Source of the DNA: Caecitellus pseudoparvulus
Lineage: Eukaryota; Protista; Bigyra: Bicosoecida
DNA: 64,000 nt
Direction of reading: 5' to 3'
NCBI GenBank assembly: GCA_965644315.1
Contig: CBFFRQ010000054.1
Coordinates: 1-64,000 of the forward strand
Of the stretch, positions 11,575 through 26,500 are shown in pieces (position 1 is the first letter of the stretch; every line of letters starts with the position of its first letter). Under the pieces are notes generated by a model. The model was not told where the DNA came from, ran no database searches, and was given only the letters and a program-made list of their open reading frames with translations. The translations under genes were made by a program, and so were the position numbers.

Positions 11575-14500
11575 TCACCGCTTGCCAGAGCCCGATTCCG
11601 AGTCAGAGCCTTCGGCCATGAATGCAAAGGCGTCAATTGCGTGACGCCGGCCTTCCGTCGGAGGCTCTTCGTCACTTTCACTCGCTGTCACCATGAAACG
11701 GCTCATGGAAATGTGTGTTGCTGCAGGGCGCCAGCCGTCTGCACCTGCGCCTGCTGCAGCAGGAGCCTCCTCATCCGAAGACGCCGTGTCGTCTGACGAG
11801 GACGACACCATATCCAATCCGAACTCGTCAAAGGACACCTCCGTCCACATCGGTGCAGGTGCTTCGCCAGCCTGGTCGGGCTCTGCCTCCTCCTGCTGGG
11901 CAGTGGCTTCCTCCACCAGCCGCTCAATGGCGTCACCACCAGCGGGAGTATCTTCATCGCCAATGCCAGCATCATCCGAAGAGTCTGTGGTCTCGTCCAT
12001 GGAGGCGGCAGTAAACGCGAATGCATCCACTGCAGGGCGAGCACCCAGCCCCACCAGCAAGCTGCCACGGCGGGACTCAGCCAGCACCTTGGATAGCTCG
12101 CCTTCCTCATCGTCGTCGCTGGTGTCGGTCAAGTCATCCAGGTTGGTCCCCATCATGGCTTGCAGACGGGCAACCAGCTGCCCCGTGGTCTGCTCTGGCG
12201 GGAACACCTTGGTCAGGGCGCTGTACGTGCCAGAGCGCTTGACACTTGATCCAACGCCTTCCTCCCAGTTCCTGAACAGCGGAACACCTGCGAAACGCTG
12301 GCGGTCTTGCACAATCGCCACGGCAATGGCCCCAGCGGCGATGAGCAGCCACAGCACAGCCGCTACAATCACTCCTGGCGCACCGGCCGCGTACTCATCC
12401 GCGTTGTCAGACAGCGCGAAGTTGCTCGCATCCACATCAGCCTGCTCGGCGTTCACCTGCAAGTCCTGCACACCAGTTGTCGCGTAGGTGACAGGCACCT
12501 TCGGAGCCGTGCCCCATGAAAGCAGCAGCAGCCAAGCCGTGGCCGCGGCCGTGCCGTACACCAGCGGTACGACCGCCTGCAGGCGTTTCAACACAAAGGT
12601 GTCGGCAGGCTTCAGCCAACTCCAGACTGCAAGGCCAGTCAGTGCCAGCGCGCCCAGCACTAGGGCAGCAGGGGTGTTACTGCGCCCCAACACAATGCCA
12701 GCCCACGCCACGATGAACTTGACCACCACGAGTGCCAGGAAGAAGGGCAGCATCGGGTGAGCTTCGAAGGTTTGCACCCATCGGCGCAGGGACGCAACCA
12801 GACGCTCGTGCACCAGCTTCCGTGGGTTGAACTCTGCCTGTGTGTCATCGTCGCCTGTGCCGGTGGCCTCTCCAGGTGTCGTCGCGCCCTTGGTGAGGGC
12901 ATGCACACGTCGCGCCAGAATGTACCCCAGAACACCCTGCATGTCCACGTCTTGCTCCAGGGTGCGATCATCATGCATGCGCTTGGGCACCCACACGAAC
13001 AGGCTGTGCCCGAGAACAGCAAGCAGCAGCGCCGAGAACACTGCAAGGAGGATGTGCAGGTTGCTCCAGCACGGGTCTGGGAGGCAGTTGCCGGCTTCGT
13101 CACGGCTGTACCCGCCGAATGGGAAGCCACAAGTGAACGGCTGCAACAGGATCACATACGTTGGCACGAGCAGAATGGTGGCGAAGCAGTACAGCATGAC
13201 GGGCAGCACACCACTGTACCAGGACGTGTGGTACGCCACGTGGTGCTCTTGCTGTGCGGTCAACTTCGGGTCGCCGTGCTTGTTGAAGGAGGTGACTTGC
13301 TCTGTCACGCCCTTCTTCAGGGTTTTGCCAGGTTGAATAGACGCCAAGGGAGATCGGCCCAGTGACGGACTCAGGACAGCACTCGACCCAAACGAGTCGC
13401 TCTTTGATCTGCCGGCTTGGCTGCTAGTGTCAGACAACTGGCTGCCCGAAGTCTTCAGAGGTGCCAGCGTGCGCCGCCCGCGAGACTTGGGAACGTCCAC
13501 CAGAGCGCCCAAGTCACTTGAAGCAGAATCACCACCAGGGGGGGATCCGGTGGTGGACTCGGCGCCGCGCACGCCAGACGCCTTTGCCCAAGGTGACAGC
13601 GGCCCTGCCCCAACATGCTGCACAGGTGATGGTGATGCCAGTGGCACAATCTGCGAAGGCTTTGTCGGAGTGCGCGGGGAATCAGGCACTGCCACAACCA
13701 TGCCTTCCACTGGCTTGCGCTTCAGCTGCCGCACTGCTTGAGCTCGCCAGAACTGAAGCAGGGGCAGCAAGACTAGCAGTGTAGTCAGTGCGCAGGCGAT
13801 GAGAACGTAGAAGAAGGAGTACAGGGGCAGGTACTTGACAGCAGACAGCGAGAACAGGCGGGCCACTGCCTTGAGCGGGATGTACGGAAGCCACGGCACC
13901 TGCTCCATGAAAAGCGGCGCCACACTCATGACGCCATCTGTGGCCAGCAGCACGACCAGCAGGACGTTGCGCCAGTTCACCCACAGTTGGGGCGACAGAT
14001 AGCTCGCCGTGCGTGTTGCCCCCAGCACGGCCGAGGCAGGGAGCTTGGCCACGTTCCCGTCTTCAGCAGGCATTTTGGGAGGAGTAGCCAGGGCTGCCTC
14101 GCCGCGTTGTGCTGACACTGCCATGCCTGCTGGTGCGACAGCCGATGCCTGCTCACCTTCGCTGTCGGAGTCGCTTTCAAGTGCAGGCGCTGTCTTGCTC
14201 GGGCCCTCTGTGCGTTGCAGCATGGACTGTGCGTGCTCGTGCATGGCGCCTCCGCCGTAAACCTTCAGCATCGTCGCCGCCCGGTCACGCACAGCGCTGA
14301 GGGCTGGCACGACCCACCGAAGCACGGCGAAGCGCTCAAACCAGCTCACAGACCACATCCAAGCCATTAACACCGCGCCGGCAATGACCATGAAAAAGAA
14401 AATGCTCAGGGTCGCGGTCAGCTGCTGCGAAGAGGTGTCCAGGGGCAGGGACGCCGAGATGCGGAAGCCAGTGTCGGCAGCATCGCAGGCCTCGCTTGGC

Positions 14501-17500
14501 GCAGCGGCGGCAGGCCTGCTCTCACACTCTGCCAGAGTGCATGGAAGATTCTCGACCAGACTGCTTGGGCACGCTTCGCCACCGTAAGCAGATGGCAGCA
14601 GAATCTCCCGCGTGCGCGTCATGTTGCCAGCCAGGAATCCAGACGCAGTGCGATCCGCGGTGAAGTTGGACCAGGGGCTCACCAAGCAATCCATGGCACA
14701 CTTCCCGTTCTCACACACCCCAGGCTCATCGCTGCAGGCCACTCCCCGGCAGAAGGGATCCTGGTCCTGCCCCCCAAAGCCCTCGTCACACTGGCACTGA
14801 CCTCCGGCTGGCCTTCCCCATACAGATGCGCCGTAACCAGCACAGGTCCCGTGTCCGTGGCAAATGTCGGCCGCATCTGCAGTAGGATCGCAGAAGCAGC
14901 ACGATGTGCCAGTCCACCCAGCCTTGCACACGCACTGTGCATCGGTAGAGTACACCCGCCCAGCATCGACTGCGCTGCCCTCCAGTGGAATGGCCTGGTC
15001 GGGCAAAACGTCGCCAGCTGTCTTATTGCTAGGCAGACAGACGCCATTGCCGCCACAGGAGTACCACGCATCGCAAGTAACTGTCTTGGTCACGACTGCA
15101 GACTGCAGCAGAAACGTGGGGGCCGCCAACAACGACGCGTCTTGCGCAGGGACGCCCGACCAGGAAAGAGCAGCCAGGTGGGGAATGCGCGTCCCGGGCG
15201 GTGTGTGGGCCAGCACTTGCATGTTGAAGATGCTGTCAAGGCTCTCGCCACTGCGCATGGCAGGCACCGTCACAGTGAGCACGTTGAAGCTCGCTGGGGT
15301 TGCCCGCCGTGCCCCAGTTGTGAGGGAGGGGAGAAGGTTGCGGAGCGCTGCAGCTGCCTGCTTGCTGCCACCCAGCAAAGCAGCTGCGGCCTGCAGACTC
15401 ACACCAGTGTGTTCTTGGAACACTGCATCACTGGTTGCCTGTTGTACGAACTGAGGGTCTGCAGTTGCTGGGCTTGTGCTCATGGTCTGAGCGCTGAGCG
15501 TCACAATCGCCAAGGACACATCCCGAGCCGCTGCGGCAAGGGACACATCAGCTGCTGTTGCGGTCAGGTTAAAAGTGTATGGCTGCTCGGACGAAACCAC
15601 AATGCTCTCAATGTCGTAGTTCAGGGTCAACGCCAGGACAGGGAGGACAGTCACAGGTTCAGATGTCTGCGCCACAGTGTTGCCTCGGGAGGTGAATGTG
15701 CCAACGGCCAGCGGGCTGCCACCCGTCGCATTCAGAGCAGCGGGGGTGGTAAACCCTGAGAGGGAGAACGTCAGTGTGTCTTCCGCGTCGTTGTCTCGAT
15801 CCAAGTTCGCGATGTGGCAAGTGCGGAAGGCGATCCATGCGCCACTGGGGTCCCGCACCACTTCCTCGATGAAGCTGTTGTAGGATGTTGCCGAGGCGCA
15901 CTGAGGGACCAGCTGGAGTCCAAGTCGAGGCGTCGCGTCGATGGCGACACCTTCCTCAAAGAGCAGAGCCCCTGGTGTGCCGGCTGTGATGTTGACCAGC
16001 CCACCTGGCACGTTACCTTCGGGTAGCAGTGCAGACAGGGAGAACTCAACCTCCTCCCCGACAGCGGCGGCTGCAGTTGCGCCAGGATCAGTCGGCACCA
16101 GTCCGGATGGAGTTGCCGCGAAGGTAGTGAAGGACACGCCAGGCACCGCGAGGGAGAGGTTGGCCGCTCCTGCCAACGTCGAAGTCCACTCACCAGCTCC
16201 GATGAGCGAAGCACTGGAGAACAGCTTGGCGTTTGCGGAGGTGGGGTGGGATCGCCACTGCAGCTCCAGATCGGGTGTGTATGTCCCACTGGCGTTCACA
16301 GCTCCCGTCATGCGCACAGTCCAGGTGACGTTGGATGTTTGACCTGGTGGGAGTGATGCTACAAACATGACTGCGTCGGATGCCGCTGCCTTCGTGGCTC
16401 CGAGAGTGTCAACGCCGTCCACACTTGCTGCCACCAGTTCATACGCGCCGGAGGCCAGACCCGCATCCAGCAGCGTCATGGAGAAAGCCGTTGCGGCAGT
16501 GGATGCAGCTAGATCATGTGTGACGAACAGGGAGAACGTCACTTCATCGCCAGCGTCCCCTGAGAAACTCGAGGCACTGGTCAGCACTGGTTGTCCAGCT
16601 GAAGGCTGCGCGACCACAAGAGGAAGCGAAGACGCGGCCATTGATGAGTCAGGCACAAAGACAATGGAGGACCCTGAGGGTGCAATGCTGCCGGCTGCTG
16701 CTTCTGTGAAGGCTGTCGTGACGGCACTGGCACCCACTGCAGCCAGGGGAGGTAGGGCTCCCGGCCCAGAGCCGCTCACAGTCGCGTCCACGACGAATGT
16801 CAAGTTCAGGCTTGAGTGCCCTGCCAGCGGTCCAATGGAGCGGCCAGTGACATCTTGTGGCGGAATCTGGACGAGCGTGCACAGGCTAATGCCAGCAGTG
16901 CTGCCCGACATGGACACGGCGTGAGGCGACAGATCAGCCAGCGTGCCAAAAGCGGCATCGTTCTCAAGCACACCAGGAGGGCAGTCTCGCAGCTGCACGA
17001 GCGAAGTTACGTCTGTCACGCTGCCTGAAACGGGGTCAACGACTGTCGCGGATGCCGACGAAAGAGATGGGTTGCCAACTGCCCCCGGAGTCGGGTGCAG
17101 CGGGATAGCTGCCGTCACGTTGGGCAACGTGCCAAGCGGCACACTGAGGGTCACTGTGGACTGCAAACCTTGACCATGCACGACAGGCACGGAAGCAGGA
17201 GAACCCACGATCACCGCCCCCGAACTCGCACCAGCGTCCTGTGGGTCCACTGCGACTTCAACAGAGAGCACCTTCAGCACAGTGCCTTGCTGCACATGCG
17301 TGGCAGCGTCCTGTGCTGACGATAGTCCCACAGGGCCAAGCTCTCGGGCATAAATGTTGGCGGGGTCCTTGTGTGTGCTGAAGCGCACAGACAGCTCAGG
17401 AGCCACAGTCAGCTGCGGCACGACACCTTCCAGTAGCTTCCACGAGTACACAAGGTCGCCTTGTCCGTCAGTCGTGGTGAGTTCAGGGGCGCCGCTCGTG

Positions 17501-20500
17501 GACAGCGACATGCCTACAGGGAGCAGCTCGCCATTCCCACTGGAGAAAGCCGAAGCTGATCCGAGCGCCGCAACAGGGGACAGAAGTTCGTTGCCCATCG
17601 AGACCAGGGACAGTGGCTGGTACAGCCTGTCTGAGATGGCCCCGGACTGCAGGTTTGTGTCGAGGAGACGAGTGTGGAAGGCAGTGCCTTCCGAGGAGGC
17701 TTCGTGGGACACCCGAATGGTTGTGTCGATGACGTCGCCCGCCACCCCAGCGCTTTCGGTGTTATTCACGCTTACGATCTCCAGCCTTGGCTCCACAACT
17801 CTGGTGCTTGGAGTTGCAGAAGTCAAATTAGCCGCACTGGGTACGACGTTTGCTCCCGCGATCACACCGGCGCTGGCATTGACTGGAGCACTCGGTTCTG
17901 GAACCGCATCACTCAGCACCCGAACAGCGCCGGCGATGGTGGCGCCATTCAAAGACGTAGTCAAGGGCAGAATGCGGCCATCAACGTGGCCCTGCAGGCG
18001 AATCTGCATGGCTTGGCTGATGGAGTTGACGTCGTCCTTGTTCTGCACAGAGCACATGGGGATACGGACCATGGTCTCGTGGCCCGCCGACTGCTCAGTA
18101 GTGGATATTGTTGCAGCTGCCGCAAGAGCAGGGAAGGTCGGCCCAGACATGACCCCCTGGTCTGCAAGTGCCACACCTGCACATCCTGTAGCGTTCACTT
18201 CGATAAGCCCGATGCCGCCTGGACTTGCCTGAACAGACACGACTTGGACATCAGCCGAGAGAGGCCCGTTGGTCGCAGCTGCGCTGACCCCAGGAGGAAG
18301 CAGGGAAGACAAGTTGAAGGCAACGACCACGCCAGTGGAGACGCCTTCAGGCAGTGCCACTTCAATGTCCCAAGATACAAGTGCACCCACAGCAGCCTCC
18401 GCATCCAGCACAGTCGAGTCATCTGTGCTGCGCTGGACGGCAACAGCTGGAGCCTGCACGCCGATCACTGGATCTGCAGCTGCAGGAACCCAGTAGGCAC
18501 GCGCTGCAGATTTCACGGGGCTGGAGTACCAAGTCACGTTGAACTGAGGGCGAACAGCTGTCGCCGCTGCAACACCTTCCCAAAGCCGCACAGTCATGGA
18601 GACCGGAACAGTCTGCCCCAGGGTTATGTTGCGAATGATGCCCCACAGGCCAGAGTTGACTGAGGATGTCGCCAAGCCGTACGGGTCCAGCCCAAGAGCT
18701 GCGTCATACTGCACCTCGCCTCCGACCACAACCCTGCGCAGGTCGTAGGCTCGTGCGTGGATAACTTCCGAGGCCACAGATGCCCCAGAGAGCGTGATGT
18801 AGTCCACCTTTCCATGCACTAAACTCCTATCGAACAGCTCAATGGTGTGGGCAGTGGAGTCGCTCACGGGAGAGTGCTCGATGGTGGTGGAGAAAGTCAC
18901 TTCATCGCCTGCATCTACATCTGCGACTGCCAAAGGTGAGAATGACGGAGCTTGCACCGTCGGCTCCACAACAGTCAACGGAGGCAAGCTCATCTCAAAT
19001 GGCGGGAAAGTGCCACTAGAACCAGCGAATCGCACACTCCCGCTGCTGCTCACGCCACGAGCGACTTGACTTGCGGTTGTAGCAGTGGCTGTGATTGTGA
19101 GGTTGAGCGTCACCGGCGCTCCTGACCCGCCCGTAGCCGGCGCAGCAGCAGGGACAGGGGAGTACAGCCCTGCCAACTCGTTGCCGATGCGCCACGCAGC
19201 GGGACTCAGCAAAGCATGAGTGCTGTTCAAATGGAGCTCAGAGGCCGTGGGCGGAACCCCGCCACTTGTGACGAAGCTCACGACATCTGCTGTGGAACTA
19301 ACAAAGCCATCGACACCAACTGCTGCTGAAGTCGGCAAGTGGACTTGGACCACGTCCACGGACGGGGGAGCCAAGCCTGCCACAGACGAAGGTGAGGCTG
19401 CACTTGGCACAGCTGCAGGCACAAATGTGAGCGCAGCCGCCTCAAGCGTATCGAAGAGACTATCTGCCCCGACAAGGTCGAGGGAGAACTCGGCACCTTC
19501 AATTGTTGCAAGAGGAAGCTGCAGACTCAACGTCCAAGCAGCAGAAGTTCCTGGCGCGACCGTTGGAGCGCCGTCTCCGTTGCCAGCATGCGCTGAGCCC
19601 TCTGCACTGACCTGCGCAGCAGGGGCAGCCATGCGCAACTCCTGCACAGAAGTGGCAGGGTCAATGGTCGCCATGTATCGCCTGGCCCGCGTGGTGTTTG
19701 GGTGCGAGAAGTACTCCAGCTGCAGGGTCTGTGCCGGCCATGCGCTGGCTGCCGCTTCTGAGGCAGGCGCGATGACGATGCTGAAGTCAAGTGCTACCGA
19801 AGAACTGTTCAGGGGCAGATTCAAGCCTTGGACAACGATGTCGGCTTCGGCATGTGAAGTGCTCACCCCATGTCCAGCCCATGCAGCCGCTGTGACTTGG
19901 TAGAACATCCGCGAGGCTGCGGCCACTGAGCTGGGCGTTGCTGCCACGGGAAGAGATGATCCCAGCCAGGCATCTTTCAGTGTCACCCCAAACGCCTGCC
20001 AGGAGCTGGAAGGCAGGTGCCCCACTTGAAGGCCAAACTGAACGTGGTCGCCTGCACCGAGCCCAAGCACGACCAAGGAGGAGTTGTCAAGAGTGCTACC
20101 TGTGGCCGTCAACACCAAGTTCTCGTCGATGGCAGGCTCAAGGATCGTCAGCGTGGGCAGCGTCGCGTTCAAGCTTGCAAAAGGCACATCCAAGGTTACG
20201 CCACCCTCAATGCGCACTCCATCAACGAGAGCAGAGTGGTCCTCAACGAGCCCAGTAAACGTGAGCAAGATCGGATCGCCGCTGGCACTGCCGCCGTTGC
20301 CCGGGTCATTGGTGATGTTGAAGAAAGTGAAGACAAACGAACCGGCCTGCGCGTCAGCCTCCAGGGCAACATGCACACCGTTCAGCGAAGCCACCTGCCC
20401 GTTGTTGAAAGTGACGCCTGCTCCGCCAGAAACAGCAGCGAGAGTCAAGTCACCCAGCACATCTCCTGGCTGCAGCGCCACATCGGATGAGTTGAACACA

Positions 20501-23500
20501 TTTCCGAGCAACACGCTCACGTTGGCAGCCGAGAGGCGGCCCAGCGGGAACTGTAAAGGAACTGTGAAGGACACTTGAGAGCCGATGCTAGCCGCTGCAT
20601 CACTGCCCGAAATGTCCAAAGTGACCACAGGGTTGATGTCTTCAAGCTTGAACACACCACCGACACCCGAGCTTGCAACGTAGGTGTAGTTCTCAGCCAG
20701 GGCCAGCTCAGGGTAGCTGCTTGCCCGCGCTCCAATTCGCATTGCAAGCCCATCCTCTGTACGGGCAAGAGGGTTCACTTGCAGGGTCAAGGTAACTTGG
20801 GTGCTCGAGGAGCGGGCAATGAGCGGCACAACGCTTGAACTGGATGCTTGCGCAAGGTTGGCACCACCCATGCTCAGCACCGTTGAGCCTCCGGGAACAA
20901 AGTCAACCTCAGCTGAACGATCCAGGACAAGTGCGTCACCCGCGAACACTTTCGAGATGTCGTACTGACCAGATACGAGCCCTTCGTCGAAAAGCACAAC
21001 TCCATACGCATGAGACGGGAACGGGCCCGAGTTCGCGATGGTAAACGAGACGTTGTACGATTCTCCAGCAACTACATCAGTAAGCAGGGCTGGGGAGAAG
21101 CTGCCGAACTGCAGAACAGGCGCAAGCATGGACACATTTGCTGTAGCTGTCAAGCACCCATCGCAAACGCCCAGGGATCGCGACTCAACCACAAGGTCAG
21201 AGACAGCTCCAGCAACGTGGGCTGCCGAAACATTGGAGGGTCGAAGCGATGCTGTAAGCACAAGCAGCTCAGTTGCCGAGTTGTTTACGTCAGAATTGAT
21301 AAGCGTACCCAAATCAACGTAGATGCCTGTCTCCCCAGCAGCAGGAGACACAGAAGCAGCCACAGCGTTCCAATCCCCGGCAGAGCGAGATGTCGTGACA
21401 GATGCAGGGGTAGTGATAGATACAGAGCCTTCCACAAGAACAAAGGCCCCAGAATCTGCCCATGAAACAGTCAGGTTCGCATTTGACATGGTACCTTCCG
21501 AAATGACCTGCGCAACCGTAACGATAACCTCTGACCCAACTACAACTTGGCCGAAACCAGCTGTGACTGGATCACTTTGTACAGCCACATTCAGCTCTGG
21601 AGGTTCGATTGAATACTGAACGCCGGCGGAGTTCATCGAAAAAGAACGAGCGTCTGAAGATGCTCTTGAGGTTGAAGCACCATGGACAGTCAGTACCGCA
21701 ACAGGCAAAGAGCTGCTACTCTCAGCATCTGTGGAAACTCGCATGAGCACCTCAAAATCTAACGTGCTGCCCACCGGCAGCTCAGACACCAGCACCGCCA
21801 CGCCGTCCGCGTTCAGCGCAGACACCACGCCCGCACCCAGGCTGGACCCGCCCACCAGCACATCCACCACCGGCAACAGACCGCTGCCCAGCACACCCGA
21901 CAGGTCTGCACTGATGTTGAAGCCCGGCGCACTGCTGGCACCCGTGTGCCCCACGCTCCAGCTCACACTGATCACATCCCCGGCGTCCACAGGCAAAGCA
22001 GGTGAGGGTGACCACACAGGCCCCGCGCTCAGCTCCAGGTCAGGCGCACCCACCACCAGCCCGTACCCAGCCGACGACACGGCCGACCCCCCACTCGTGC
22101 TGCCAGCGCTCAGCAGACCCACACTGCTCAGCGTCGCCACAGCCGTCACGACGTCACCTGGCACCAGCCCCGCCACGTCACGCACTGACAGCGACACCGT
22201 CAGGTTCACAGTCTCCCCCACGCTGTTGTCAGTGTCGTTGTTCACAAGCGTGCCCAGCGGCACAGTCACACTCGTGCCATCGCCAGACACGACGGCGCCC
22301 GCCGCCACACCGCCCAGGCCCCCCGACACGTCACTGGCCACACCGCCACTGCCAGACACACCCGACACGCCAGCAATCACCACCGGCGATGTGCCGCTGG
22401 TCCACCCCGACAAGTCCACAGTCACTGACGCGCCGCTCACGGTGCCCTCAGGCACACCCACGCTCACCGACACGTCCACGGCGCTGCCAGGGAACACCTG
22501 CCGCGGCACGGCACTGCCACTGGACGCCGCCGTCACAGCGTCCAGGCCGCCCTCAGACACCGACACAGACGGCGACCCCGCAGGCAGGCTGATGGACCCG
22601 CTCACCAGCACATCCGACCCCGCACCCGCGTCGCTGCGTGACGTCGTCGTGTACGGCACAGACAGCTGCAGGGCCGGCAGCGCCGCAGCGCCCTCCATGC
22701 TCAACGGCACGCCCAGCACCACGGACAGGTCCGCCGTGCTGCCCACCGGCAGCTCAGACACCAGCACCGCCACGCCGTCCGCGTTCAGCGTCGACACCAC
22801 GCCCGCACCCAGGCTGGACCCGCCCACCAGCACATCCACCACCGGCAACAGACCGCTGCCCAGCACACCCGACAGGTCTGCACTGATGTTGAAGCCCGGC
22901 GCACTGCTGGCACCCGTGTGCCCCACGCTCCAGCTCACACTGATCACATCCCCGGCGTCCACAGACGTCCCGTCCACTGGCACCCACACAGGCCCCGCGC
23001 TCAGCTCCAGGTCAGGCGCACCCACCACCAGCCCGTACCCAGCCGACGACACGGCCGACCCCCCACTCGTGCTGCCAGCGCTCAGCAGACCCACACTGCT
23101 CAGCGTCGCCACAGCCGTCACGACGTCACCTGGCACCAGCCCCGCCACGTCACGCACCGACAGCGACACCGTCAGGTCCACAGTCTCACCCACGCTGTTG
23201 TCAGTGTCGGCGTTCACAAGCGTGCCCAGCGGCACAGTCACACTCGTGCCATCGCCAGACACGACGGCGCCCGCCGCCACACCGCCCAGGCCCCCCGACA
23301 CGTCACTGGCCACACCGCCACTGCCAGACACACCCGACACGCCAGCAATCACCACCGGCGACGTGCCGCTGGTCCACCCCGACAAGTCCACAGTCACTGA
23401 CGCGCCGCTGGTCGTGCCCTCAGGCACACCCACGCTCACCGACACGTCCACGGCGCTGCCAGGGAACACCTGCCGCGGCACGGCACTGCCACTGGACGCC

Positions 23501-26500
23501 GCCGTCACAGCGTCCAGGCCGCCCTCAGACACCGACACAGACGGCGACCCCGCAGGCAGGCTGATGGACCCGCTCACCAGCACATCCGACCCCGCACCCG
23601 CGTCGCTGCGTGACGTCGTCGTGTACGGCACAGACAGCTGCAGGGCCGGCAGCGCCGCGCCGCCCTCCATGCTCAACGGCACGCCCAGCACCACGGACAG
23701 GTCCGCCGTGCTGCCCACCGGCAGCTCAGACACCAGCACCGCCACGCCGTCCGCGTTCAGCGTCGACACCACGCCCGCACCCAGGCTGGACCCGCCCACC
23801 AGCACATCCACCACCGGCAACAGACCGCTGCCCAGCACACCCGACAGGTCTGCACTGATGTTGAAGCCCGGCGCACTGCTGGCACCCGTGTGCCCCACGC
23901 TCCAGCTCACACTGATCACATCCCCGGCGTCCACAGACGTCCCGTCCACTGGCACCCACACAGGCCCCGCGCTCAGCTCCAGGTCAGGCGCACCCACCAC
24001 CAGCCCGTACCCAGCCGACGACACGGCCGACCCCCCACTCGTGCTGCCAGCGCTCAGCAGACCCACACTGCTCAGCGTCGCCACAGCCGTCACGACGTCA
24101 CCTGGCACCAGCCCCGCCACGTCACGCACCGTCAGCGACACCGTCAGGTCCACAGTCTCACCCACACTGTTGTCAGTGTCGTTGTTCACAAGCGTGCCCA
24201 GCGGCACAGTCACACTCGTGCCATCGCCAGACACGACGGCGCCCGCCGCCACACCGCCCAGGCCCCCCGACACGTCACTGGCCACACCGCCACTGCCAGA
24301 CACACCCGACACGCCAGCAACCACCACCGGCGACGTGCCGCTGGTCCACCCCGACAAGTCCACAGTCACTGACGCGCCGCTGGTCGTGCCCTCAGGCACA
24401 CCCACGCTCACCGACACGTCCACGGCGCTGCCAGGGAACACCTGCCGCGGCACGGCACTGCCACTGGACGCCGCCGTCACAGCGTCCAGGCCGCCCTCAG
24501 ACACCGACACAGACGGCGACCCCGCAGGCAGGCTGATGGACCCGCTCACCAGCACATCCGACCCCGCACCCGCGTCGCTGCGTGACGTCGTCGTGTACGG
24601 CACAGACAGCTGCAGGGCCGGCAGCGCCGCAGCGCCCTCCATGCTCAACGGCACGCCCAGCACCACGGACAGGTCCGCCGTGCTGCCCACCGGCAGCTCA
24701 GACACCAGCACCGCCACGCCGTCCGCGTTCAGCGTCGACACCACGCCCGCACCCAGGCTGGACCCGCCCACCAGCACATCCACCACCGGCAACAGACCGC
24801 TGCCCAGCACACCCGACAGGTCTGCACTGATGTTGAAGCCCGGCGCACTGCTGGCACCCGTGTGCCCCACGCTCCAGCTCACACTGATCACATCCCCGGC
24901 GTCCACAGACGTCCCGTCCACTGGCACCCACACAGGCCCCGCGCTCAGCTCCAGGTCAGGCGCTCCCACCACCAGCCCGTACCCAGCCGACGACACGGCC
25001 GACCCCCCACTCGTGCTGCCAGCGCTCAGCAGACCCACACTGCTCAGCGTCGCCACAGCCGTCACGACGTCACCTGGCACCAGCCCCGCCACGTCACGCA
25101 CTGACAGCGACACCGTCAGGTTCACAGTCTCCCCCACGCTGTTGTCAGTGTCGTTGTTCACAAGCGTGCCCAGCGGCACAGTCACACTCGTGCCATCGCC
25201 AGACACGACGGCGCCCGCCGCCACACCGCCCAGGCCCCCCGACACGTCACTGGCCACACCGCCACTGCCAGACACACCCGACACGCCAGCAATCACCACC
25301 GGCGACGTGCCGCTGGTCCACCCCGACAAGTCCACAGTCACTGACGCGCCGCTGGTCGTGCCCTCAGGCACACCCACGCTCACCGACACGTCCACGGCGC
25401 TGCCAGGGAACACCTGCCGCGGCACGGCACTGCCACTGGACGCCGCCGTCACAGCGTCCAGGCCGCCCTCAGACACCGACACAGACGGCGACCCCGCAGG
25501 CAGGCTGATGGACCCGCTCACCAGCACATCCGACCCCGCACCCGCGTCGCTGCGTGACGTCGTCGTGTACGGCACAGACAGCTGCAGGGCCGGCAGCGCC
25601 GCAGCGCCCTCCATGCTCAACGGCACGCCCAGCACCACGGACAGGTCCGCCGTGCTGCCCACCGGCAGCTCAGACACCAGCACCGCCACGCCGTCCGCGT
25701 TCAGCGTCGACACCACGCCCGCACCCAGGCTGGACCCGCCCACCAGCACATCCACCACCGGCAACAGACCGCTGCCCAGCACACCCGACAGGTCTGCACT
25801 GATGTTGAAGCCCGGCGCACTGCTGGCACCCGTGTGCCCCACGCTCCAGCTCACACTGATCACATCCCCGGCGTCCACAGACGTCCCGTCCACTGGCACC
25901 CACACAGGCCCCGCGCTCAGCTCCAGGTCAGGCGCACCCACCACCAGCCCGTACCCAGCCGACGACACGGCCGACCCCCCACTCGTGCTGCCAGCGCTCA
26001 GCAGACCCACACTGCTCAGCGTCGCCACAGCCGTCACGACGTCACCTGGCACCAGCCCCGCCACGTCACGCACCGTCAGCGACACCGTCAGGTCCACAGT
26101 CTCACCCACGCTGTTGTCAGTGTCGTTGTTCACAAGCGTGCCCAGCGGCACAGTCACACTCGTGCCATCGCCAGACACGACGGCGCCCGCCGCCACACCG
26201 CCCAGGCCCCCCGACACGTCACTGGCCACACCGCCACTGCCAGACACACCCGACACGCCGGCAACCACCACCGGCGATGTGCCGCTGGTCCACCCCGACA
26301 AGTCCACAGTCACTGACGCGCCGCTGGTCGTGCCCTCAGGCACACCCACGCTCACCGACACGTCCACGGCGCTGCCAGGGAACACCTGCCGCGGCACGGC
26401 ACTGCCACTGGACGCCGCCGTCACAGCGTCCAGGCCGCCCTCAGACACCGACACAGACGGCGACCCCGCAGGCAGGCTGATGGACCCGCTCACCAGCACA

